Source of the DNA: Acidimicrobiales bacterium
GTDB taxonomy: Bacteria > Actinomycetota > Acidimicrobiia > Acidimicrobiales > AC-9
DNA: 64,000 nt
Assembly (NCBI GenBank): GCA_051985455.1
Contig: JBPYEI010000103.1
Span: forward strand, 637 to 64,636
Reading direction: 5' to 3'
Made by a program: the position numbers and the translations under genes. Within the stretch, counting starts at the first letter, position 1, and each line of letters begins with the position of its first letter. Below, in pieces: positions 36,655 through 45,883 of this stretch. Under the pieces are notes generated by a model. It was not told the origin of the DNA and searched no databases. It was given only the letters and a program-made list of their open reading frames with translations.

Positions 36655-37620
36655 TCAGGCGCTGATCACCTGCTCGAGCCAGGCGTTGAGGCGCTCGGCC
36701 CACAGCTTGCTCATGGCGCACGAGAAGGCGAAGAATCCATGAGGCATGTCCGGGGCGACAAAGAGCTCGACCCGGTTTCCGGCTGCCGCCGCCCGAGCAG
36801 CCAGGAGCAGCGTGTCGTCGACGACGTGATCAGACGTCCCGACGCTGAGAAACATGGGTGGTAGCCCGTGCAGGTCGGCGTAGGCAGGGGAAATGGCCGG
36901 TGCTCGACGCTCATCGGCTGTCAGAGCCGGCAGGTAGCACTCGGTGACGAACTCGATTTCTTCAGGGTCGAGCAGATCGGGTCCCTCGTGCGGACGGAGG
37001 CCACGCTGGCTCGGAGTGTGGCCCCAGTCGTAGATGCCGAAGACCAGATTGAGGCCGATGACGCGGTCGATCGCACCGGGAACGCTGTCGCGGAGGCGGA
37101 GGGCGACCAGTGCGGTGAGGTAGCCGCCGGCCGACTCGCCGCCGATGATGATCCGCTCGGCCCCCAGCTCGTCGCGTGCGTGCTCTGTCAACCAGGCGGA
37201 CACCATGAAGGCGTCGTCAGGTCCGGCAGGATAGGGATGCTCAGGCGCCTTGCGGTAGTCGGGTGAGACGACGATCACGTCGAGGTCGCGAGCCAGGTCG
37301 CGGTTGGGGATGTCCATGGTCTCGGGAGAGCCCGCCACCATCCCGCCGCCGTGGAAGTGGAGGTACACGGCCCGAGGTGCCCGTTTGCCTTCCGGCAGGA
37401 ACATGCGGCATTGGACACCCTCGATCGTGCGCTCGATCGCCTCGGGAACCGGGATGGTTGGCATCGCCGCTCGTTGGAGGCGGACACGCTCGTCCCGCGA
37501 CAGCGCTGCGGGCTCGATGTCGGGGCCGCTGAACATGTCCATCCCGGCCTTGACGGCGGCGCGAGCCTCAGCCCGCATGTCCTCGACCTCGTCGGACCAC
37601 AGTCTCAGGGGTACGGTCAT
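36655..37620 (-). CDS. Alpha/beta hydrolase, hormone-sensitive-lipase (family IV esterase) type
   Basis: Sequence ..YLHFHGGGMVAGS.. is the HGGG oxyanion motif and ..IIIGGESAGG.. is the G-x-S-x-G nucleophile. Confidence 0.85.
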   Translation of the reverse strand: MTVPLRLWSDEVEDMRAEARAAVKAGMDMFSGPDIEPAALSRDERVRLQRAAMPTIPVPEAIERTIEGVQCRMFLPEGKRAPRAVYLHFHGGGMVAGSPETMDIPNRDLARDLDVIVVSPDYRKAPEHPYPAGPDDAFMVSAWLTEHARDELGAERIIIGGESAGGYLTALVALRLRDSVPGAIDRVIGLNLVFGIYDWGHTPSQRGLRPHEGPDLLDPEEIEFVTECYLPALTADERRAPAISPAYADLHGLPPMFLSVGTSDHVVDDTLLLAARAAAAGNRVELFVAPDMPHGFFAFSCAMSKLWAERLNAWLEQVISA

Positions 37621-37785
37621 ACCGGCTCCGGCATGCGACCGTAGACCGAGGCCCGGTCGCCGACAAACCGCGGTTCGATCGGGGCCGCATGGTCTTCGCA
37701 GCGGCCCTGGTGCGCACTGTGGGCTCGGCGGATGAACCAGACCGGCTCACCCGGCTACCGTGGACGAACGACAGGGGAGGCTGGC

Positions 37786-38139
37786 ATGGAGGACGACTGG
37801 CCGCGGCCCGTCGTGCACTGGGAGATCGAGGCGGTCGACCCCGAGGCCCAGCGGGCCTTCTATTCAGCCCTTTTCAACTGGGAGATCGGTGACGGGCCGA
37901 TCATGCCGATCCCGCCCGGGATCGGCGGACCCGACCCAGGCCCGGCCGGGCACCTGCGCCAGAGCGAGCGCAGCGGGGTCACCCTTTACGTGCAGGTCCG
38001 CGACCTGCAGTCCTCGGTGGCCAAGGCGGGCGAGCTGGGCGCCACTGTTGTCTTCGAACGCTTCGACATCCCCGGTGGGGCGTCCCTCGCCGCCATCATC
38101 GACCCGGAGGGAAACCCGGTGACGCTCGTCCAGCAATGA
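37786..38139 (+). CDS. VOC (glyoxalase/bleomycin-resistance/dioxygenase) family protein
   Basis: The ATG at 37786 follows GGGGAGG. Sequence ..VVHWEIEAVDPEAQRAFYSALFNWEI.. and ..GGASLAAIIDPEGNPVTLVQ show the VOC beta-alpha-beta-beta-beta pattern. Confidence 0.75.
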   Translation: MEDDWPRPVVHWEIEAVDPEAQRAFYSALFNWEIGDGPIMPIPPGIGGPDPGPAGHLRQSERSGVTLYVQVRDLQSSVAKAGELGATVVFERFDIPGGASLAAIIDPEGNPVTLVQQ

Positions 38140-38147
38140 GCGGATCG

Positions 38148-38441
38148 TCACTCGAGGGTCTCGTACCGCCTCGAGGTGACCGTCGCCTCGTCCACCAGCG
38201 CCAGGAAGTCCACCCTGGCCGGATGACGGTCGAACTGGGCGCTCGACGCGTCTGCATCCGCCTCGGAGCCCCAGAGCACGACGACGAGCCACTCCCCATC
38301 GGCACCGCGGGCGGTCGTGCGTCGGAGGAAGGTCGGCTTCCGGAGCATGAGCTCGGTCTGAAGCCGTTTGTCGGCATCGAGGAACTCAGACACACCGGCG
38401 CCCTGGGCGAGCCGGAAGGTCTGCGTTTCGATCACCGCCAT
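38148..38441 (-). CDS. Small ABM/Dabb-fold-like protein (putative monooxygenase-like), function unknown
   Basis: Only the last 97 codons of track ORF 38148..38714 look protein-like: MAVIETQTFRLAQGAGVSEFLDADKRLQTELM...EWLVVVLWGSEADADAS... The start ATG 38441 has no clear SD. Confidence 0.5.
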   Translation of the reverse strand: MAVIETQTFRLAQGAGVSEFLDADKRLQTELMLRKPTFLRRTTARGADGEWLVVVLWGSEADADASSAQFDRHPARVDFLALVDEATVTSRRYETLE

Positions 38442-38479
38442 GGTGGCCGGCCTGACGCGGGGTGGTCCCTCATGTCGCG

Positions 38480-39280
38480 CTACGGGAGCGCGTGGTCGTT
38501 GAACCACGTGTTGAGGTCGGCGAATGAGGTGCTCGGGCTGGCCACGGCGCGGACGAACGTCTGGTGGCTGGGGATCGTCCACACGTAGGTGGGGGAGTTC
38601 TGGTTGTTGCCGAACTGGATGAGCCCACAGTCGACGAACTGGGTCGACTGTTGTGGGTAGTCTTGCGTGAACCAGGCTCTGGTGCCGTTCTCGTCGTTGC
38701 TCGGTGGGGGACAACCCTGCACGAGGCTGGTGAAGCCGACCACCTGCTTGTAGGCGTTGAAGCTGGTCTGGTAGTCCGACGGGTTGTCGAACTGGTACGC
38801 CCGCACGTTGGTGCCGGGCAGGTCGGTGTTGTCGGTGCAGTCGCGGGATCCTGTGAGTCCGGTGATGCCCGTGAAGGTCTGGTTCGAGACCCCGACGATC
38901 CAGTCCGCCCGTGCTGGAGGTCCGGTCACACGCCGCCCGGTTGGCCGTTGCTCGAAGTGCGCGGCCATACCGTCGTCTTGTGTGAAGGTGCCGTGGTCAG
39001 CCGGCACCACCTCGACGGGAGCCACGATCACCGCAGCCGGGCTGGGCTGGTTGAGGCCCGCCCCGGCCGTCCGGGACAGGTTGTGCTCAGCAACCTGAGC
39101 GACAGCACCTGGACCGTCACTCCGGTGGGAGAGGGCGAGAAGGAGGTGCGTCCGGGGCAGCGATTGGGTCTTCGGCCCATGGGCATCGACTTCGGTCCCG
39201 TGTGGGGCTCGATTCGACTCGACGAACCGTCGAGACCTGCGGTCCCCGACGATCAGCGCGGCAACTTGACCCCGTTTCAC
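38480..39280 (-). CDS. Hypothetical N/Q/T-rich protein with four Cys (possible extracytoplasmic sensor-like domain); N-terminus unresolved
   Basis: The C-terminal ~180 aa are clearly protein-like and compositionally unusual for this genome: ..CTDNTDLPGTNVRAYQFDNPSDYQTSFNAYKQVVGFTSLVQGCPPPSNDENGTRAWFTQ..VDCGLIQFGNNQNSPTYVWTIPSH..LNTWFNDH. The DNA here is lower in GC. The track start 39463 overlaps the next gene. GTG 39280 is the first start past it, and no convincing signal peptide appears in this frame. Confidence 0.5.
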   Translation of the reverse strand: MKRGQVAALIVGDRRSRRFVESNRAPHGTEVDAHGPKTQSLPRTHLLLALSHRSDGPGAVAQVAEHNLSRTAGAGLNQPSPAAVIVAPVEVVPADHGTFTQDDGMAAHFEQRPTGRRVTGPPARADWIVGVSNQTFTGITGLTGSRDCTDNTDLPGTNVRAYQFDNPSDYQTSFNAYKQVVGFTSLVQGCPPPSNDENGTRAWFTQDYPQQSTQFVDCGLIQFGNNQNSPTYVWTIPSHQTFVRAVASPSTSFADLNTWFNDHALP

Positions 39281-39338
39281 GTCGAGCGCCGATGAGACTG
39301 GCGACCTTCGGACGCCCGATCGGCGGGCGCCGCCGCTG

Positions 39339-39566
39339 TCAGCGGGGAGACAGCGAGGGAAGGACGCCGAGATCCACCTCTCGCTCCTGGCCGTCCCGAC
39401 GCTGAACGATGTGATCTCCCGCCTCGAACAAGCGGTGCCGGCGAATCTTGTTAACCGCCTCACCCAAGTCGCGGCAGCTTGCGATTCCCACCGGCCGCCC
39501 GTCCCGGATCACTTCCCAGCGGCCGGGCACCTCGTTGATCGCCCAGGTTGCTGTCCACGCTGGCAT
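39339..39566 (-). CDS. Small hypothetical protein (75 aa)
   Basis: MPAWTATWAINEVPGRWEVIRDGRPVGIASCRDLGEAVNKIRRHRLFEAGDHIVQRRDGQEREVDL.. has protein-like composition and good GC3. I recognise no family. Confidence 0.45.
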   Translation of the reverse strand: MPAWTATWAINEVPGRWEVIRDGRPVGIASCRDLGEAVNKIRRHRLFEAGDHIVQRRDGQEREVDLGVLPSLSPR

Positions 39567-39767
39567 CGTCCACCTCCCAGCCCGCCTGGGAGCCTATCCG
39601 TCTCGCCAGCGGTCGTCCATCGGCAGTCTCGCGAGCGGTGACCGACGCCGTCGCGTAACGTCGGCGGCTGGTCGCCCCGGCCACGTCGAACGATCAGCGT
39701 TCCTTGCCAATGGCCGAGGCGCTTGGTATATCAGTTGGTGAGTGAAGACATCTGGGGAGGGGTGTCG

Positions 39768-40121
39768 ATGGCGGCTCAGGATCGATTCGACGTGATGGTT
39801 CGCGGCGTCGATGGCTTCGTGCGAGTGGCGGTGCTCGGTGAGCTCGACTGTGCCAGCGCGCCGCAGCTTGGCCAGGTGCTGGCCGGTTTGGCCGACGACC
39901 AGCGCGACCTGGTCGTGGACCTCCGATCGACGGAGTTCGTCGATTGCGCAGGTATCGACGTCATCGCCGTGGCCTACGATCAGCGCCGGCAGCTGGGTGG
40001 GAGCTTCGCGCTCGAGACGCCGAGCGGAGCGGCCAGTCGCGTTCTCGAGCTGACTGGTTTGGCCGAGCACATCCCGACGAGCGGCGACCAGGACCGCCGC
40101 TCGGCCGGCTCAGTTCCGTAG
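39768..40121 (+). CDS. STAS domain anti-sigma-factor antagonist (RsbV/SpoIIAA-like)
   Basis: The ATG at 39768 follows GGGGAGGGG. Sequence ..VAVLGELDCASAPQLGQVL......LVVDLRSTEFVDCAGIDVI.. shows the STAS pattern, with a conserved Ser/Thr-containing DLRSTEF segment. A candidate promoter TTGCCA (39704-39709) - 17 nt - TATATC (39727-39732) lies upstream. Confidence 0.8.
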   Translation: MAAQDRFDVMVRGVDGFVRVAVLGELDCASAPQLGQVLAGLADDQRDLVVDLRSTEFVDCAGIDVIAVAYDQRRQLGGSFALETPSGAASRVLELTGLAEHIPTSGDQDRRSAGSVP

Positions 40122-40331
40122 AGACGACGGCGCGCTTTCCCGGGCTATGCCGAGACGCTGCCGCGTCGGCAGCCTCCTCTTGCTGCCGGCCTCTCAGGCC
40201 GGCCTGGACGCTGAGGCGGCGGCCGTGTGGCGTACGCAGGGCATTCGGGCGGTCGCTGGTCGCTCGAAGGGAGCCCCGATCCTCATGTCGAGGGGTGAGC
40301 GGTCACCCCTCCTGGGGTACATCAAGGGCCG

Positions 40332-42407
40332 ATGCAGCAGCTGGGACGGTTCGCCGTCACTGTCGTGGCCGCAGGGACGGCGCTGGCGCTGGGCGCGCTG
40401 GCACTGATTCCCGTCGCTCGTCTCGCCACCGGGGCGACGCACAACGCGGCGGTGGCGGACCCGGTGCAGCTCAAGCCCATGGACGTCCCGTCGAGGGTCT
40501 ACGACGCCAAGGGCAACCTCCTGGCGGTGCTCCAGGACGACGACTATCGGGCCCCGGTGTCGCTCACGCAGGTGCCCGCGACCGTGGTCCACGCCGTACT
40601 GGACGCCGAGGACGCCACCTTCTACCAGCACGGCGCGGTGAGCATCCCGGCGCTGGTGCGGGCGTTCAAAAACGACTTGTCGTCGGGCGGCGTGCAGGGT
40701 GGGTCGACCATCACCCAGCAGCTGGTGAAGAACGCCGTGCTCGACCAGCAGCGCAGTGTTCACCGCAAGCTCCAGGAGGCCGTCCTCGCGTTCCGGCTCG
40801 AGCAGCAGATGACGAAGGACCAGATCCTCGAGCGCTACCTCAACACGGTCTACCTGGGCAATGGCGCCTACGGAATCGAGGCCGCGGCGCAGACCTACTT
40901 CGGGACCGACGTCAGCCGGGTGGACACGGCCCAGGCCGCCCTGCTCGCCGGCGAGATCCGCAACCCCGAAGGTGACGACCCGATCCACCAACCGGCTGCC
41001 GCCACGAGGCGCCGCAACGAGGTGCTCGACAGCATGGTCGCCAACGGCCACCTCAGCGCTGCCGCGGCCACACAGCTGAAGACGGCGCCCGTGCCGACCG
41101 CCCTCCATCCACCGGCCCCCCACCAGGACAGCCCGTTCGTCGTGGAGGTCAAGGCCGCCCTGCTCGACACGAGCGATCACCGCCTCGACGACATCGGAAC
41201 CACGACAGCGCAACGATTGAACGCCCTGTACAGGGGCGGCCTGAACATCACCACCACCCTGGATCCGGGCGTCCAGCGCGACGCAGAGCAGGCGGTGGCC
41301 TCCGACCTCCCCGACACGGGGGGCAGGTTCACGGCCGCCGTGACCGCCATCGATCCGACGACGGGGTACGTGCGAGCCCTGGTTCCCGGCAACCCGGCGT
41401 CCGAGGGCAACGGCTTCGACGTGGCCACGGGCCGGGGAGGCGGGGGACGCCAGCCCGGCTCATCGTTCAAGCCGATCGTCCTCATGGCCGCCCTCCAGAG
41501 CGGGCTGAGCCCCAACGACGCCATCGACGGGACCGCTCCCTGCACGATCACCCTGCCCGGGGCGCCGCCCTACGTGGCCAACAACGCCGAGCCGGGGATA
41601 GGCGTCATGAGCCTCAACGACGCCATGGTCGCCTCCGTGAACTGCGCCTTCATACGTCTCGGGGTGGACGTCGGGCTGTCCAAGGTGGTCGACATGGCTC
41701 ACCGCCTGGGCATCCCGGCGGGCGTCAAGCTCGGGGCGACGCCCTCGCTCAGCATCGGGTCCTACGAGGTCACGCCGCTGGATCTGGCGTCGGTGTACTC
41801 CACGCTCGCCGCGGACGGGGTCCACCGCCTCCCGACCTTCGTCGAGAAGGTCACCGACAGCTCCGGTCTTCTGCTCTTCCAGGGGGCCTCGGTCGGGACC
41901 CAGGCGGTGCCTCCCCAACTCGCCCGTACCGTCACGCAGGTCCTCAAGGGCGACGTCCAGCGGGGCACGGGCACCGCCGCCAACCTCCCGGGCCGCCCCC
42001 TGGCGGGCAAGACGGGGACCACCGACAACCGGGCCAACGCCTGGTTCGTCGGCTACACCCCGCGCCTCGTGGCGGCGGTGTGGATGGGGTCGCCGAAGGG
42101 GCAGGTCCCGATGAACCTCATCGACGGTGTCGATGTCATGGGCGGAACCTTCCCGGCCCGCATCTTCCACGACTTCATGGGTGCCGCCCTGGCCGGTCAG
42201 CCGGCAGTCGGCTTCCCCGCCCCCGAGCCGTTTCCACCGGGGCACTTCCTCGTCGCCCAGGACTCGCCGGGCTCGATCATCGCTCCGCCCCCGCCCGGAG
42301 CTCCGCCCCCCGGCGCGCCACCGGCCCCCCCGCCCGCGCCCCCGCCCCCACCTGCTCCGCCTCCAGCCCCCCCGCCCCCGGCACCCCATCATCACGGCCA
42401 GAACTGA
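40332..42407 (+). CDS. Class A penicillin-binding protein (GT51 transglycosylase + transpeptidase) with poly-Pro C-terminal tail
   Basis: GT51 motifs are ..[12 protein letters not shown].. and ..[12 protein letters not shown]... Transpeptidase motifs are ..GSSFKP.., ..SVN.. and ..KTGTT... An N-terminal TM anchor is present. The last ~45 residues are almost only Pro/Ala/Gly. Confidence 0.95.
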   Translation: MQQLGRFAVTVVAAGTALALGALALIPVARLATGATHNAAVADPVQLKPMDVPSRVYDAKGNLLAVLQDDDYRAPVSLTQVPATVVHAVLDAEDATFYQHGAVSIPALVRAFKNDLSSGGVQGGSTITQQLVKNAVLDQQRSVHRKLQEAVLAFRLEQQMTKDQILERYLNTVYLGNGAYGIEAAAQTYFGTDVSRVDTAQAALLAGEIRNPEGDDPIHQPAAATRRRNEVLDSMVANGHLSAAAATQLKTAPVPTALHPPAPHQDSPFVVEVKAALLDTSDHRLDDIGTTTAQRLNALYRGGLNITTTLDPGVQRDAEQAVASDLPDTGGRFTAAVTAIDPTTGYVRALVPGNPASEGNGFDVATGRGGGGRQPGSSFKPIVLMAALQSGLSPNDAIDGTAPCTITLPGAPPYVANNAEPGIGVMSLNDAMVASVNCAFIRLGVDVGLSKVVDMAHRLGIPAGVKLGATPSLSIGSYEVTPLDLASVYSTLAADGVHRLPTFVEKVTDSSGLLLFQGASVGTQAVPPQLARTVTQVLKGDVQRGTGTAANLPGRPLAGKTGTTDNRANAWFVGYTPRLVAAVWMGSPKGQVPMNLIDGVDVMGGTFPARIFHDFMGAALAGQPAVGFPAPEPFPPGHFLVAQDSPGSIIAPPPPGAPPPGAPPAPPPAPPPPPAPPPAPPPPAPHHHGQN

Positions 42408-42451
42408 GGTGAGCGCCGGCGCCGCTCCGCCTCCGGAAGACTGGTCGGGCC

Positions 42452-43249
42452 GTGGACTGGTCAGACGTCCCGTGGCCCAACACCGAGGAGGAGTTGCGTC
42501 GCGCCCAGGAGCGGCTGGCACACGAAGCCGCAGCGGCGCTGGCTGACGAGCCATGGTCGCTGAGCCCGGACCCCCTCGTCGCCGGGTGCTTCGTCGCCTT
42601 CGCGCCGGTCCCACCGGCGCCCGGCGGGGGCGACCAGGCCTGGGCGGCGGCGGTGACGTGGCGGCCCTCGGCGACCAGCGCGGACGGCGCTCGAGCATCC
42701 TTCCGTCGGTCGGATCGGGTGCTGCGGGGTAGCCACCGGGATCACGAGCCACGTCGGTCGATTGATGTGACCGACCAGGTGGTGGTGGGGGATCGGGTCG
42801 CCGAGCCTTATCGGGCCGGTCTGCTCGCCCTTCGTGAGGGACCGATCCTCATGGAGGCGGTGGCTGCGCTCGACCCGCCGCCGGACGTGCTCCTGGTGGA
42901 CGCCACGGGGCTCGATCACCCGAGGGGGGCGGGCCTGGCGGTCCACCTGGGTGCCGTCACCGGCCGAGCGAGCGTCGGCGCCACCAACCGAGCTCTGGTC
43001 GCCAGCGGCGAGCTCCCGCCCGCGGTCCGGGGTGCGTCCCGCCCGGCCCGCCTCCACGGCCGCACCGTCGGCAGGTGGGTATGCACCAGGTCCGGGGCCC
43101 GGCCCGTGCTCGCCCACGCGGGCTGGCGCACGGACCCCGACACCGCGGCCGCACTGGTTCTCGCCGTGTCGACACCGGCAGCCAGGACACCCGTGCCGCT
43201 CCAGGAGGCCAGGCGGGTGGCACGGGAGGCGCGGGCCATCGGCCGATAG
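42452..43249 (+). CDS. nfi: Endonuclease V
   Basis: Sequence ..VAGCFVAF.., ..PYRAGLLALREGPILMEA.., ..LLVDATGLDHPRGAGLAVHLG....SVGATNRAL.. and ..RPVLAHAGWRTD.. match the EndoV pattern. An insertion is present in the middle. Confidence 0.8.
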   Translation: MDWSDVPWPNTEEELRRAQERLAHEAAAALADEPWSLSPDPLVAGCFVAFAPVPPAPGGGDQAWAAAVTWRPSATSADGARASFRRSDRVLRGSHRDHEPRRSIDVTDQVVVGDRVAEPYRAGLLALREGPILMEAVAALDPPPDVLLVDATGLDHPRGAGLAVHLGAVTGRASVGATNRALVASGELPPAVRGASRPARLHGRTVGRWVCTRSGARPVLAHAGWRTDPDTAAALVLAVSTPAARTPVPLQEARRVAREARAIGR

Positions 43250-43336
43250 GGCCTCAAAGGGGCGAACCTCCGCCGGCGGGTGGCAGACTGAGACCGAACC
43301 GAGGAGAGCCGGCCGCAAGGGCGCGGAGGTGACGGC

Positions 43337-43675
43337 ATGTCGACCAGTACCGCTCCGGACAAGCTTCGACCCCTCGAGCGGCGCGTGCTCGCCCTCCAGG
43401 AGGAGGGAGTGGACCGGGTGGAGATCGCCCGCCGCTTCCGGCGCAGCCCCGAGTTCATCGACCGGGTGATCGAGATGGCCCAGATGCCTCGCCATCCGAG
43501 GCGCTCCTCCGCACCGCGCCGGCGCCACGCCCTGCGCCCCATCGAGCGTCGTCTCCTGCGCTGGCAGGAGGAGGGAGAAAGCTTCGACGCCCTCGCCCCG
43601 AGGTTCAAGCGCAGCCCGGCGCACCTGCGACGGGTGGTCAAGCTGGCCGACTACAAGCTCAGACACCAGGACTGA
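43337..43675 (+). CDS. Small protein made of two tandem LuxR/sigma-70-region-4-like HTH repeats
   Basis: 112 aa with an internal duplication. The first copy is LRPLERRVLALQEEGVDRVEIARRFRRSPEFIDRVIEMA and the second is LRPIERRLLRWQEEGESFDALAPRFKRSPAHLRRVVKLA. Confidence 0.6.
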   Translation: MSTSTAPDKLRPLERRVLALQEEGVDRVEIARRFRRSPEFIDRVIEMAQMPRHPRRSSAPRRRHALRPIERRLLRWQEEGESFDALAPRFKRSPAHLRRVVKLADYKLRHQD

Positions 43676-43720
43676 GCGCCGGCCCCACCGCCGCCACCAC
43701 GGACGTCTGGGTCTCTGGTC

Positions 43721-43792
43721 GGTTCCACGTCTCGTCGAAAGTGGGCGCAGCGGGCCGGCGCGGCAGGGCCCATTTCGACCGAACGTGGAACC
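43721..43792. terminator. Long imperfect inverted repeat (~24-bp stem, ~20-nt GC-rich loop) between convergent genes; candidate bidirectional factor-independent terminator
   Basis: The left arm GGTTCCACGTCTCGTCGAAAGTGGGC (43721-43746) pairs with GCCCATTTCGACCGAACGTGGAACC (43768-43792), leaving three single-nt bulges. No U-tract follows. Confidence 0.4.
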
Positions 43793-43834
43793 CGCGAAGG
43801 GTGCGGCCGTCGCACGACCGTGGCGGCCCCGTGC

Positions 43835-45811
43835 TCAGCCGTCGCTGCCGGTGAGGGCGGGCACGTCTGGCTCCTCGGCCCCCTCCTCTGGGCGGGCACC
43901 GTCCGCCCCGTCGGCCTGCCGCTCGAACTGCGTTCGGTACAGCTCGGCGTAGAGCCCGCCCCGGGCGAGGAGCTCGCGGTGGAGCCCCCGCTCGACGATG
44001 CGTCCCTCGGACACCACGAGGATGAGGTCCGCCTCCTGCACGGTGGACAGGCGGTGGGCGATGACGATTGAGGTCCGTCCGGCGAGCGCCGTCTTGAGGG
44101 CCGCCTGCACGGCGACCTCGGACTCCGAGTCGAGGTGGGCGGTGGCTTCGTCGAGCACGACGACGTCCGGGGCCTTCAGCAGCAGCCGAGCGATGGCCAG
44201 GCGCTGCTTCTCACCACCCGACAGCCGGTAGCCGCGATCGCCGACGACGGTGTCCAGCGCGTCAGGCAAGCCCTCCACGAGCCTCAGGACCTGCGCCGCC
44301 CGCAGTGACTCGATGAGCGCGTCCTCGGTGGCGTCGGGCTTGGCGTACAGCAGGTTCGACCGGATCGTCTCGTGGAACAGGTGCGCATCCTGGGTGACGA
44401 CACCGATGGCGTCGCGCAGGGATTCGAGGGTGGCATCACGGACGTCGACGCCGTTGATGCGAACGGCGCCTCGGCGCACGTCGTAGAGCCGGGGGACGAG
44501 GCTGCTGATCGTCGTCTTGCCAGCGCCCGACGGCCCGACCAGGGCGACCAGCTGACCAGGCTCGGCAGTGAAGCTGACGTCGAACAGGACCTGCTGGGAC
44601 GGAGCGCGATCGAGCGTGGCCACCGACTCGAGTGAGGCCAGCGAGACTTCCTCGGCCGTCGGATAGCTGAAGTCCACGTGGTCGAGCTCAACGGTCGCCG
44701 GACCCCGCGGCAGGGCGACGGCGTCGTCCTTCTCCTGGATCGAGGGCGGGAGGTCGAGGACCTCGAAGACCCGTTCGAACGACACCAGCGCCGTCATGAT
44801 GTCCACATTGAGGTTGGACAGCTGAGTCAGCGGACCGTAGAGGCGGTTGAGATAGGCGGTGAGGGCCACGAGCGTCCCGACGTTCAGCGCCCCGTTGACA
44901 GCTAGCAGCCCTCCCCAGCCGTACACGAGCGCGGTCGCCAGCGACGCCGTGAGCATCAGGGCGGCGAAGAAGATGCGGCTGTACATGGCCGACGTAACGC
45001 CGATGTCCCGCACCCGGCCCGCCCGGGCGTCGAACGTCGTCGTCTCGGCCCGAGGATGGCCGAACAGCTTCACCAGCAGCGCCCCCGCGACGTTGAAGCG
45101 CTCGCTCATCGTGGTGTTCATCTCGGCGTTGAGGGCGTAGCTCTCCCGGGTGATGGTCTGGAGGCGTCGGCCCACCCAGCGCGCCGGGACCACGAAGACC
45201 GGCAGCAGGGCCAGGGCGACGAGCGTGATCTGCCACGACAGGAAGAGCATGGTCACGATGACCAGGGACACGCCGATGAGGTTGCTCACCACGTTCGACA
45301 GGGTGTCGGTGAACGCCTGCTGCGCGCCGAGAACGTCGTTGTTGAGCCGGGTGATGAGGGCGCCCGTCTGGGTGCGGGTGAAGAAGGCGATCGGCATGCG
45401 CTGGATGTGGGCGAACACTTTGGACCGCATGTCGAAGATGAGTCCCTCGCCGACACGGGAGGAGAACCAGCGCTGGCCGAGCGAGAGCACGGCGTCGGCG
45501 AGTGCCAGGCCGGCGACGAGCAGGGCGAGGGCGACGATCAGTCCTGACCGGTGGCCGAGGATGCCCTTGTTGATGATCTCGCGGTAGATGAGGGGGTTGG
45601 CGACACCGATCACGGCGTCGATGACGATCAGGACCAGGAAGATGCCCAGCAGCCGCTTGTAGGGGGCGGCGAACCGCAGTATCCGCCTGCCCGTTCCGGG
45701 CGCCAGCTTCTTGTGGGCGACGGAGCTGTCGCGCCGCATCGAGCGCATTCCGCCCCAGCCCCCCATGCCGGGACCCATCATCTGTCGGCGAGGTCCTCGT
45801 TCATCGCCCAT
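43835..45811 (-). CDS. ABC exporter, fused permease/ATPase (MsbA/MdlB-like)
   Basis: 658 aa with a six-TM N-terminal domain. Walker A is GPSGAGKTT, the signature is LSGGEKQRLAIAR and Walker B is VVVLDEATAHLD. ..IVIAHRLSTV.. is also present. Confidence 0.9.
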   Translation of the reverse strand: MGDERGPRRQMMGPGMGGWGGMRSMRRDSSVAHKKLAPGTGRRILRFAAPYKRLLGIFLVLIVIDAVIGVANPLIYREIINKGILGHRSGLIVALALLVAGLALADAVLSLGQRWFSSRVGEGLIFDMRSKVFAHIQRMPIAFFTRTQTGALITRLNNDVLGAQQAFTDTLSNVVSNLIGVSLVIVTMLFLSWQITLVALALLPVFVVPARWVGRRLQTITRESYALNAEMNTTMSERFNVAGALLVKLFGHPRAETTTFDARAGRVRDIGVTSAMYSRIFFAALMLTASLATALVYGWGGLLAVNGALNVGTLVALTAYLNRLYGPLTQLSNLNVDIMTALVSFERVFEVLDLPPSIQEKDDAVALPRGPATVELDHVDFSYPTAEEVSLASLESVATLDRAPSQQVLFDVSFTAEPGQLVALVGPSGAGKTTISSLVPRLYDVRRGAVRINGVDVRDATLESLRDAIGVVTQDAHLFHETIRSNLLYAKPDATEDALIESLRAAQVLRLVEGLPDALDTVVGDRGYRLSGGEKQRLAIARLLLKAPDVVVLDEATAHLDSESEVAVQAALKTALAGRTSIVIAHRLSTVQEADLILVVSEGRIVERGLHRELLARGGLYAELYRTQFERQADGADGARPEEGAEEPDVPALTGSDG

Positions 45812-45883
45812 GCACGATACCGGGGAGAAGCGTCGCGCCCGGTCGCGAAGGGCCAGGTCAGCCGGGTCAGTGTGCGGGTCGCG

